31,887 nucleotides of DNA from a virus (Duplodnaviria > Caudoviricetes): IMG/VR virus record IMGVR_UViG_3300044448_005232, positions 1 to 31,887 of that record; one strand, 5' to 3'. The position numbers and the translations under genes were made by a program. The notes beneath the pieces are model-generated. The model ran no database searches and was not told the DNA's origin. It saw only the letters and a list, made by a program, of their open reading frames with translations. Shown piece after piece: positions 20,254-27,496 of this stretch (position 1 is its first letter; every line of letters begins with the position of its first letter).

Positions 20254-20482
20254 TGTCTGTTGTGCCAGATTCAACTCTGCCCTATCGTAGGAGTACTGGT
20301 TACGGAGTAGACGCGATTAAGTTCCGGGGGAGCTTACCTAAACGCGGACACGCAACCCTTATCTCCTTACATCTCATCAAGTACCTAGCTGCTGAGTATC
20401 ACCGGTAAGCATCGTGAATAAGGGTGGTGCCAGCTAACCAGGCGCTTAGACACAATACAGTACGAGAGAAATCTCTAATCTG
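20254..20482 (-). ncRNA. Candidate structured RNA / leader with crossing helices
   Basis: Perfect complementary pairs CTGGTTA/TAACCAG, GCTTACC/GGTAAGC and ACCCTTAT/ATAAGGGT in an ORF-free interval. Strand is inferred from late transcription. Confidence 0.35.
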
Positions 20483-20498
20483 CGGCTTTTGCTAGGAA

Positions 20499-20663
20499 AC
20501 CGGGGGGGGTGTTTTATAGGATCTGTACCTAAAGATAATAAATATTATTAAATAATAAAGATTATTATATATAACGCACTGCGCTAAACCCAAAATAGGG
20601 AAAAATTCATACAGGGTGTTTAACCTTTTCTTAGCTTTGTCTAACCGGGGATACCCCCTCCCT
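20499..20663. other. G-run / AT-rich / G-C palindrome block: candidate genome end, packaging site or divergent control region
   Basis: CCGGGGGGGGT, an almost pure A/T stretch (20531-20573) and CCGGGGATACCCCC lie at the switch between the late and early arms. Confidence 0.35.
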
Positions 20664-20699
20664 TAATAGATGTGTGTTGTCGCGAGTGTTTCGGTCGGG

Positions 20700-21483
20700 T
20701 TCACGCGGCGGAGTTGGCTCGGCCTACTTTGCTTGGCAGCAAAGGCTCGCTGTCGCTCATTCGCGAGGCTCATTCACTCCCTGACGCTCGCTCGGCCTCG
20801 ATGCGTACCGCTAACCTGCGGTTATCGCTTCGTATTTCCCGCGCTGGCGCGCTCCTGGGTTCAACACACCCCCGGTAAAATAAACCCCTGCACTACGCTT
20901 CGTACCGAAGATCAAGCACTTACACTTGGTTCTACTTGCAAAAAGCCGGGGTGAATTGAACTAAAAAACTACTTTTCACTCCGTTTTTTCCCTGTTCGGG
21001 GCGCAAATGCTTACTTGTGTTTCACTCGCAAGGCTCGTTCAACCGCATTTGCTCAAAGGCTATCCAGTTGTTTTGCCTCCGGCGGCCAAGGTTTCGCCCT
21101 TGGAAGGCACGCGATGCTTCCTCCTTGGCTCCAATCGCTTCGCGCTTGTTGCTTTGCGTCGTCTCTTTGTCTTCGTTCGCAGGGCTCACTACGACCGCAT
21201 CGCTCGTATGAAGAAATTCCTATTCCTCTTGAATCTCCAATTATGACACGGGTGCTGGCACAAAACCTCAAGTGCTCGCAGGCTGCGCTTTGATGTTTTG
21301 CTGGCATCTGAGTCCAGTAAAGAACGCCTTCGGCGCCACACGACAAAATAGACACAAAAGCCACTGCGTGGCCCTTCGGGTGCGCAGGCGCACTTTTGCA
21401 TCGATTTTGCCTTAGTGGTGAGCACACGCCTTTTTGGGCTTTTGTGCTCATTCTTGACAGAACTCAGACTGTTGGCCCGTGTC
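20700..21483 (-). other. GC-rich non-coding region of G.A-mismatch and GNA-loop hairpins (ssDNA-structure element)
   Basis: Several symmetric hairpins close only if minus-strand tandem GA/GA pairs are allowed (20745-20791, 21019-21043, 21169-21195). GNA triloops at 20812-20824, 21137-21143, 21325-21335 and 21372-21380. Confidence 0.7.
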
Positions 21484-21498
21484 CTTTTATTAATATTC

Positions 21499-21572
21499 AA
21501 TGAAAAAAATAATAAATAAAAAAAATAACTAATAAACTTACTTAAAAAAAGTTCAACAAACAGGAGAAAACA
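21499..21572 (+). promoter_or_regulatory. A-rich leader and RBS of the first early gene
   Basis: About 60 nt A-rich unstructured tract ending in AAACAGGAGAAAACA-ATG. Confidence 0.55.
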
Positions 21573-22202
21573 ATGAACTTAGAAGCAATGAAAAAGCAGA
21601 TGTTAGCCAAAGCAGCGGTAAAGCGAGAAAACGCGCAGCTGAAAGCCAATACCGCTGGTAAAAACAAACTTGCCCCGTTAGACCAAAGTCGGGTGCTAGT
21701 CACACTAGAACAAATGGCCATGGTCCAAGTACTGGAGCGAGACTTACAGCTTACGGAGGAAGGTAGTCCTGAGTACCAAATGTTCAAGATTGCTCTCAGT
21801 GAGGCTTGGAACAACATCAAGTCAAGCACCCCCAAAGGCACGGCCGAGCACTCACACATTTACTATACAATATTCCAAAGTTACCCATCGAAAGTTTGGT
21901 TTGATGACAAATCTCCGCAAGCTTACGAGGCGCGCATTGCATTCCTGGCACAGTGGCATGACACCATTGAGTTGGCCTTGGAACGTAAAGAGGCGGCTAC
22001 TTATACAGTGGATGAAGATGAGGATAGCGGCGAAGATGAAGAACTGGATGCCCACGAAAAACTACACCGCATGAAGGCATCTGAGGATATACACAATACC
22101 GGCCTGACCTGGGATGCGTACGAGGATGAAATATCCGAGAGAACATCGGAAGTTGCATCGATGTTCACGGCGCTGGTGGTGCCAGACATCGTCAACTTCT
22201 AA
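21573..22202 (+). CDS. First early protein, hypothetical, acidic C-terminal half
   Basis: 209 aa with a strong RBS and its own terminator; contains DEDEDSGEDEELD. Confidence 0.8.
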   Translation: MNLEAMKKQMLAKAAVKRENAQLKANTAGKNKLAPLDQSRVLVTLEQMAMVQVLERDLQLTEEGSPEYQMFKIALSEAWNNIKSSTPKGTAEHSHIYYTIFQSYPSKVWFDDKSPQAYEARIAFLAQWHDTIELALERKEAATYTVDEDEDSGEDEELDAHEKLHRMKASEDIHNTGLTWDAYEDEISERTSEVASMFTALVVPDIVNF

Positions 22203-22222
22203 CCAGGCCGAAAGGTCAGTGG

Positions 22223-22264
22223 AGCCTCGGCGGGACCAATGCGTCTCGTCGGGGCTTTTTATTT
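22223..22264 (+). terminator. Rho-independent terminator
   Basis: AGCCTCGGCGGGAC-CAATGC-GTCTCGTCGGGGCT-TTTTATTT: 14-bp stem with three G.U pairs on the plus strand, then a U-run. Confidence 0.8.
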
Positions 22265-22274
22265 GACCGGACCA

Positions 22275-22305
22275 CGCCCTCGCTGCGCTGCGCTCCGCTC
22301 GGGCG
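22275..22305 (-). other. Isolated G.A/GNA DNA hairpin
   Basis: Minus strand CGCCC-GA-GC-GGA-GC-[GCA]-GC-GCA-GC-GA-GGGCG. Confidence 0.7.
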
Positions 22306-22395
22306 GGGCAACCTGAGGGATACACACGAGCGACGGCCAGCGGTTTTTTTGCCGTATGGCCTTTTTGATTTCTAATTTTAAAACAGGAAAAACTA

Positions 22396-22731
22396 ATGGA
22401 ATTTTTTAAGACATTAAAACGATTTGGAAAAAAGATTGAAAAAGAAGTTTACGAGGATCAAACGCTCATCTCCATTGCTTACCGAGTTAGCCCCGAAGCT
22501 GTTGATCTTCTGGATATTGTTTTTGATGAAGTCCTTTCTAAGATTCTTAACTCAGATGAGTATCAAGAACGAAGTGCTCTTCAAGCTGAAATACAATTTT
22601 TAAAGAATGAAATAGATTCAAGAGAAGAAACAGAAAACTTTCTTCGTGACGAAAACACAACACTTAAAGAAAGAGCTTACAACATTGAAAAAGCTCTGCA
22701 TGCAGCTGGAAAAGGATATTTGATAGAATGA
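22396..22731 (+). CDS. Hypothetical early protein (coiled-coil C-terminus)
   Basis: 111 aa, RBS ACAGGAAAAA. Confidence 0.75.
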   Translation: MEFFKTLKRFGKKIEKEVYEDQTLISIAYRVSPEAVDLLDIVFDEVLSKILNSDEYQERSALQAEIQFLKNEIDSREETENFLRDENTTLKERAYNIEKALHAAGKGYLIE

Positions 22732-22958
22732 AGCTCCAAGGAATGACACCCAACTCTGTTCAAGCTCATCTTCAGAATGAAGTTAAAAGACTTAAAGAAA
22801 TGCTTATTGATGTTTTTGATGAAATAGATTCATTGGAGGAAGAAATAAAAGAGCTTCTTTCAGAAGAAGAGTACAAAGAAAGATTGATTCAAAAAAGCCA
22901 AAAAGAATTTGAAAACTTTAAAGCAGGGAAATGGAAATACCACAATGACAATAAATAA
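22728..22958 (+). CDS. Hypothetical early protein (coiled coil)
   Basis: 76 aa, ATGA overlap with the upstream gene. Confidence 0.7.
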   Translation: MKLQGMTPNSVQAHLQNEVKRLKEMLIDVFDEIDSLEEEIKELLSEEEYKERLIQKSQKEFENFKAGKWKYHNDNK

Positions 22959-23010
22959 AAACAAAACAATAAACAAAAGATTGAATTGGAAAAACCCATT
23001 TCGAGAATCT

Positions 23011-23039
23011 TTTATTAAAGCTTTTATTCAGGTTATAAT
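23011..23039 (+). promoter_or_regulatory. Possible sigma70-type promoter
   Basis: Perfect TATAAT at 23034-23039 in an AT-rich intergenic gap; the -35 match is poor (TTTATT). Confidence 0.35.
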
Positions 23040-23092
23040 TATTGCGTAGCAACGCCAGTTGCTCAAACAGGAAAAACAAACAGGAGAAAATT

Positions 23093-23275
23093 ATGGGTGC
23101 AAGAAAACAAGAGCTTATGGACCTCCAGGAGCAAAAAGCTATTAATGCAGATCTTCAAACAGCATGTGATTTATTATTGTCTGAGCTTGTTTATATTCTA
23201 GATGAACTACTGGCCTTGGGTGTTAGCGAATCCGAAATTGAGAAAAAAATCAATAAAGGAAATATCAATGAGTGA
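23093..23275 (+). CDS. Hypothetical protein
   Basis: Start moved to ATG 23093 after ACAGGAGAAAA (MGARKQELMDL...). Confidence 0.7.
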   Translation: MGARKQELMDLQEQKAINADLQTACDLLLSELVYILDELLALGVSESEIEKKINKGNINE

Positions 23276-23450
23276 TTTAGAAATAATATTATTAGGTTAT
23301 TTCAATCTCATAATGCTCACCATCATTATAGACAAGGCAGAAAAACATGCTGAAAACAGACAAAGAGTTCTTCAAAAAACTAGACCCATCGAAGGTAAGT
23401 CTCGAAAAAATCCCTATGCCGTGGGACGACCAATTAACCCGCGTAGATAA
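23268..23450 (+). CDS. Small putative membrane-anchored protein
   Basis: ATG 23268 after AAGGA; hydrophobic N-terminus LEIILLGYFNLIMLTIII; the 3' half overlaps the next ORF. Confidence 0.45.
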   Translation: MSDLEIILLGYFNLIMLTIIIDKAEKHAENRQRVLQKTRPIEGKSRKNPYAVGRPINPRR

Positions 23451-23574
23451 AATCAATATGGCTGAGCAAGATATCACCATGAATCTTGATAACCTTAAGG
23501 AGCTTGGTGTTCCGCGTCGTGTTGTTATCAGATTCTTAATTCAAGAAGTCAAAGATATCTTTGGAGGTAAGTAA
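23347..23574 (+). CDS. Hypothetical protein
   Basis: 75 aa; stop overlaps the next start (TAATG). Confidence 0.65.
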   Translation: MLKTDKEFFKKLDPSKVSLEKIPMPWDDQLTRVDKINMAEQDITMNLDNLKELGVPRRVVIRFLIQEVKDIFGGK

Positions 23575-23741
23575 TGAGCAATGATCAAGACCTCTGGGTT
23601 TTTCATGCCCCAATAAAAATTGTGGAACCAAAACAAAAACCACTACACAAGTTAGACCCTTACGAGCTAACCAGACGCAGTAAACCAACTGCAGAAAAAA
23701 ATGAAATTAACAAAAGAAGAAGATTAAGGAGAAAGAAATAA
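23574..23741 (+). CDS. Small basic hypothetical protein (55 aa, not in ORF track)
   Basis: RBS GGAGGT; MSNDQDLWVFHAPIKIVEPKQKPLHKLDPYELTRRSKPTAEKNEINKRRRLRRKK; TAATG coupling at both ends. Confidence 0.7.
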   Translation: MSNDQDLWVFHAPIKIVEPKQKPLHKLDPYELTRRSKPTAEKNEINKRRRLRRKK

Positions 23742-24130
23742 TGGCTGGCGAACCACCTTTAGATCCACCTGATGAAATCGAATTACCAGAACCAGACCAA
23801 GACAGCTGGGATCATTGGCGTCTCGTCGATAAGGCAGAAGACTTTTGGGAATGGATTAAAGAAGTAAAAGTTGATGAACTCACTGAAGCTATCGAACACG
23901 TCTTAGTGCCATTTATCCCGGGCAAAACAGGAAGACCAGGCAGTAGAGAATCCAAGCTTAAAGCTGGACAAGCACTGGTTGACCTTATTGAAGAATGGAT
24001 ACAAATGGGAGACCTTAACGATTACCATGAAGACAATCCATCAGGTCCTCCTGATTGCGATGGCCCTGATGAACCACCCTATGAACCAGTACACCCAATG
24101 TACGACGGAACAGGAAATCCATACGGATGA
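23741..24130 (+). CDS. Highly acidic Pro/Trp-rich hypothetical protein
   Basis: 129 aa, RBS AAGGAG. Confidence 0.75.
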   Translation: MAGEPPLDPPDEIELPEPDQDSWDHWRLVDKAEDFWEWIKEVKVDELTEAIEHVLVPFIPGKTGRPGSRESKLKAGQALVDLIEEWIQMGDLNDYHEDNPSGPPDCDGPDEPPYEPVHPMYDGTGNPYG

Positions 24131-24354
24131 ATCAAAAAGAAACAAAACCAAACTGGGCTGAACAGAAAAAAACCTTTGCTGAACAACTAAAGCAATGGGA
24201 CGAAGTTAAACGCGGAATTGAACGTCTTCAAAAATCAATTAAAAAAACAGAGGAATTATATGAGCAGTTACCTAGTAAGTCCGAACGACATAGCAATGTT
24301 GGCAAACAAAATAATTCATCTAAGACAAAAGCATCGAAGATGGATAACGACTGA
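24127..24354 (+). CDS. Hypothetical coiled-coil protein
   Basis: 75 aa, ATGA overlap with the upstream gene. Confidence 0.6.
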   Translation: MNQKETKPNWAEQKKTFAEQLKQWDEVKRGIERLQKSIKKTEELYEQLPSKSERHSNVGKQNNSSKTKASKMDND

Positions 24355-24823
24355 GGAATATATTGAACAAGCTGTTGAACTTGCAAAGCAAATAGCATGG
24401 GAGAATGTAGATTCACTTTGTCATACTTACAATGAAACCAGAGAAAATTACATTCCCCATATGCTTGCAGTAATTGGTGCTACAAAAAATATACGAATCT
24501 TAAATCAACACAATCCAAAAGCCACTGCTATTGAGTGGTTAGGACTTGTTAAGAATATTGAATATCAATCGGTAGATCACTTACCAAACAGTGATACTGG
24601 TACTCTTTGGCATGAAATAAAAAATTATTTTATCAGTGAACTTCCAGGAATTTATGACACCTGGGGTTCTTCAAAAAACATTCATCTTGAATTTAGAACA
24701 GGAAAATATCATGGGCTACAGCATAGTAAGTTACTTGCAGTATCAGGGAAAAAACGAAGACATAAAAGACGTTCTCGAGGAAGACATCGAATCGGAGGGA
24801 AAAGCCTTAGAGCTTGCCGCTGA
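24260..24823 (+). CDS. Hypothetical protein
   Basis: Start moved to ATG 24260 after GAGGA (MSSYLVSP...); the basic tail overlaps the next gene. Confidence 0.7.
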   Translation: MSSYLVSPNDIAMLANKIIHLRQKHRRWITTEEYIEQAVELAKQIAWENVDSLCHTYNETRENYIPHMLAVIGATKNIRILNQHNPKATAIEWLGLVKNIEYQSVDHLPNSDTGTLWHEIKNYFISELPGIYDTWGSSKNIHLEFRTGKYHGLQHSKLLAVSGKKRRHKRRSRGRHRIGGKSLRACR

Positions 24824-24950
24824 ATATCAAATGGCTTTCGGTAAACAGTTTCAAATATTTATTGTTGATGAAGGAAAAGAACTAACACCTCAGCAGTTTG
24901 TAAATAGTTTAACAATCACAACAGAGGACAGATACGGAGTTAACTTATGA
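24711..24950 (+). CDS. Hypothetical protein
   Basis: Start moved to ATG 24711 after ACAGGAAAA (MGYSIVSYLQ...). Confidence 0.65.
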   Translation: MGYSIVSYLQYQGKNEDIKDVLEEDIESEGKALELAAEYQMAFGKQFQIFIVDEGKELTPQQFVNSLTITTEDRYGVNL

Positions 24951-25282
24951 GTGATAAAAAAAACCAATACAATCAGGATTTCCAGAAGACTTACGATGGG
25001 CCGAACCAGTCAGCTCGGAACTTAACTACTTTGAGTGGCAAACAATACAACCATCCAAATATGAGAATGGAAACTCATCGAGAGATATTCAAGTCAATGC
25101 TGTTTCACATGAGGGAACTTCACGGAGAGTCAAAGCCAGTAGTGTTTCTAACAGACTCACTAAGGGTCATAGAAGCCCTTGCCGTTCTGTTCGAAGACAC
25201 TCCACTCGTGGAGGTCGCAGATATGATTTACGATATGGCCTACGACATGCACAGGAAAAGAATCAAAAATGAAGAGAACTAA
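24947..25282 (+). CDS. Hypothetical protein
   Basis: 111 aa, RBS GGAG, ATGA overlap. Confidence 0.7.
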   Translation: MSDKKNQYNQDFQKTYDGPNQSARNLTTLSGKQYNHPNMRMETHREIFKSMLFHMRELHGESKPVVFLTDSLRVIEALAVLFEDTPLVEVADMIYDMAYDMHRKRIKNEEN

Positions 25283-26246
25283 TCTTACAGCTGGTGTGTA
25301 TAGCGCATCCGCAATTTCAACTTTAGAAACTTGTGAGCAAAAAGCTTATCTTCAATACGAAGAAGGCTGGGAGCTAAAAACAATTAGCAACTCTCTTAAG
25401 ACTGGCATTCTTATGCATGATGCTCAAGAGATGTATATGCTTGGCCATAATGAGCAAGCTGTAATCAACAGCATTGAACAAGAGGCAAAAGCCAAAGGCT
25501 GGACTGAAGATGAGTTATTTCTTCCTAAGCTTCGTTCTTACATTCGAGGCTATTATGAAAGATGGGAAGCAGAAGATGCTGAGTCGTTTACTAATGGCCT
25601 TGAAGTTCTTTCAGTGGAAGATGACTTTGAGTTTAGGTTAGATCTTTCAAAGCTTGGCTGGCCTGGAGACTCAGCAACCTTTGTTGGCCGAACTGATGCA
25701 GTTCTACTAGATAAGAAGAATGATTGTATTATTTTGATGGAGCACAAAAATGTTTCATCAAGAGAGTGTCAAGATCCTGCATCTGTATTCTGGCAATCAC
25801 TCATCATGAATAACCAGCTGACAATCTACAGTGCAATGCTGGAAGAGAAATATCAAAAGCCGGTAATTGTCTGGTACGACGTAATGCAAACCAGTCCTAT
25901 GTCAAAACCAAAACTAATTAAAAAAGTCAGAGAAACAATTGAAGAGTTTGAAGAAAGACTAACGGCTACTTACAAAAACAAAGAAGAAAATAAATACATT
26001 AGAAAAACAATTCCTATTTTAAATAATCCAAAAGAAAGAAGAATGAAGGAGATTATTGAAATAGCAACAAACTCACAAAGCAGATTTTATCACGGCAAAG
26101 CAAGAAGAAATACTCAGAGCTGCAAGAACTATGGAGGATGTGCATTCTTCAATGTTTGTGTTGGGACCGAGTTGATTCATGAGAGTCCGCGATTTCAAAA
26201 GAAAGAACATTTCAAACCAAAGGAAAACAATGGCATCCCGTTCTGA
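25269..26246 (+). CDS. Cas4/RecB-like PD-(D/E)xK exonuclease with a four-Cys Fe-S signature
   Basis: N-terminal SASAISTLETC, GILMH, GRTD, MEHK, QLTIY and C-terminal CKNYGGCAFFNVC. Confidence 0.85.
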   Translation: MKRTNLTAGVYSASAISTLETCEQKAYLQYEEGWELKTISNSLKTGILMHDAQEMYMLGHNEQAVINSIEQEAKAKGWTEDELFLPKLRSYIRGYYERWEAEDAESFTNGLEVLSVEDDFEFRLDLSKLGWPGDSATFVGRTDAVLLDKKNDCIILMEHKNVSSRECQDPASVFWQSLIMNNQLTIYSAMLEEKYQKPVIVWYDVMQTSPMSKPKLIKKVRETIEEFEERLTATYKNKEENKYIRKTIPILNNPKERRMKEIIEIATNSQSRFYHGKARRNTQSCKNYGGCAFFNVCVGTELIHESPRFQKKEHFKPKENNGIPF

Positions 26247-27009
26247 TAAAGAAAAAGTTTCTGTAAGAGATATAGATATCCTTTCATGCATGACAAATAC
26301 AGCTACTCCGCCACCTCGATTAGTTATTTATGGTGAGCCTAAGATTGGTAAAACTACCTTTGCATCTAAATGGCCAGACCCATTGCTAATACAGACAGAA
26401 GATGGTGCCGCTGGTCTTCGTATCCCTAAGATTCCAGAAACTCCTTGCGAGTCCTGGGAAGAACTTATGCACTGTTTGAGGGAAGTTTATAATCAAGACC
26501 ACGACAGAAAGACTTTGATCCTAGATACGCTGGACAGAGCAGAGCAGCTTGCTCAAAAGAAAGTTCTCAATAAACATTTTGAAGGAGATAAAGGTAAATA
26601 CATGGCCTACCACAAAGGGCCAATGATTGCAGGTGAGATGATTTCAGAAGTCTTGTTTGCTTTAGACCTTATTCGAAAACGAAAAAATATGAATATTATT
26701 CTCATTGCTCATGATGGATTACTGCCTGGTGCAAATGCACTGGGTGAGGATTTCAAGAAGTGGGCACCTAACTTAACTAAACATGCCTGGAATCGAGCAA
26801 GAGACTGGGCCGATCAAATTGGTCACGCGCAATCTAACTTCAAAGTCTTCGATAAAAAAGCTCAAGAGATTGGAAAAGATAGATGGCTACATTTTCGCGG
26901 TAGTCCAGGAAGAGATGCTGGAACCCGTGTGGGCTATGAAATGCCCGATAAAATTAAACTAGACTTTGATGAATATTCAAAGCACATGAAGGAGCAGATT
27001 AATGCCTAA
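26230..27009 (+). CDS. Sak4-like AAA ssDNA-annealing protein
   Basis: VIYGEPKIGKTTFA Walker A, TEDG, TLILDTLD Walker B, ILIAH; lies between exonuclease and SSB. Start at ATG 26230. Confidence 0.85.
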   Translation: MASRSDKEKVSVRDIDILSCMTNTATPPPRLVIYGEPKIGKTTFASKWPDPLLIQTEDGAAGLRIPKIPETPCESWEELMHCLREVYNQDHDRKTLILDTLDRAEQLAQKKVLNKHFEGDKGKYMAYHKGPMIAGEMISEVLFALDLIRKRKNMNIILIAHDGLLPGANALGEDFKKWAPNLTKHAWNRARDWADQIGHAQSNFKVFDKKAQEIGKDRWLHFRGSPGRDAGTRVGYEMPDKIKLDFDEYSKHMKEQINA

Positions 27010-27466
27010 GATTAATTTTCAGATTACAGATGATGATGTTCAAAAACATGGACCACGTAAAAAGTTTGGCCCAGGCAATTACAAGTTTGAAGTTGTAAAA
27101 GTAGAACGAGATGTTGTTGATAATGAAAACAAGACACCTTATCTCGAGGTAACTATGTCACTTGAGCATGATGGCCGAGACATTCTTGTAAAAGATAACG
27201 TATGGCTTACTGCAAAAGCTAAGTGGAAGTACATTCAATTCCTAAAAGGTTTAGGTATCGATCCTACAGATGATGACCTTGATACAGAACAACTGGAAGG
27301 TATCGAGGGTGTAGTCCGTATGCGCAAAGAAAAAGACTCAAGCTTTCAGGAAGTTGGCGAGTATTACTCTGCAGAGGTTCGAGAGTTCCAGCCACTAGGA
27401 CCATTTCCAGAAATCAAAGAAGCTCCAAAGAGTAGTGCTCATGGAGATGATGAACCTCCCTTTTGA
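27002..27466 (+). CDS. Single-stranded DNA-binding protein (DUF669-like)
   Basis: PGNYKFEVVKVE...YLEVTM pattern and acidic aromatic C-terminus GDDEPPF; follows the Sak4-like gene. Confidence 0.75.
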   Translation: MPKINFQITDDDVQKHGPRKKFGPGNYKFEVVKVERDVVDNENKTPYLEVTMSLEHDGRDILVKDNVWLTAKAKWKYIQFLKGLGIDPTDDDLDTEQLEGIEGVVRMRKEKDSSFQEVGEYYSAEVREFQPLGPFPEIKEAPKSSAHGDDEPPF

Positions 27467-27490
27467 CAAAACAGGATAAGTCATTAATAT
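27463..27490 (+). promoter_or_regulatory. sigma70-type promoter
   Basis: Perfect TTGACA at 27463-27468, 16-nt spacer, TAATAT at 27485-27490. Confidence 0.5.
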
Positions 27491-27496
27491 TATCTT

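Noticed and set aside
20262-20385. tRNA T-arm-like CAGAGTTGAATCTG and hammerhead-like TTGATGAG on the minus strand
   Set aside because: No cloverleaf, TTCRA or CCA end; the hammerhead core CTGANGA/GAAA is not matched.
21454-21495. TTGACA as a conventional sigma70 promoter
   Set aside because: No -10 hexamer at 16-18 nt spacing; the AT-rich candidates are about 28 nt away.
20670-21500. Seven overlapping ORFs on both strands in the GC-rich region
   Set aside because: No RBS, Arg/Leu/Ser/Cys-rich composition and mutual overlap. Better explained by stop-codon scarcity in GC-rich structured DNA.
25269-26246. Cas4-like gene as evidence of a CRISPR system
   Set aside because: No repeat-spacer array or other cas genes; its context is the standard exonuclease-Sak4-SSB recombination module.
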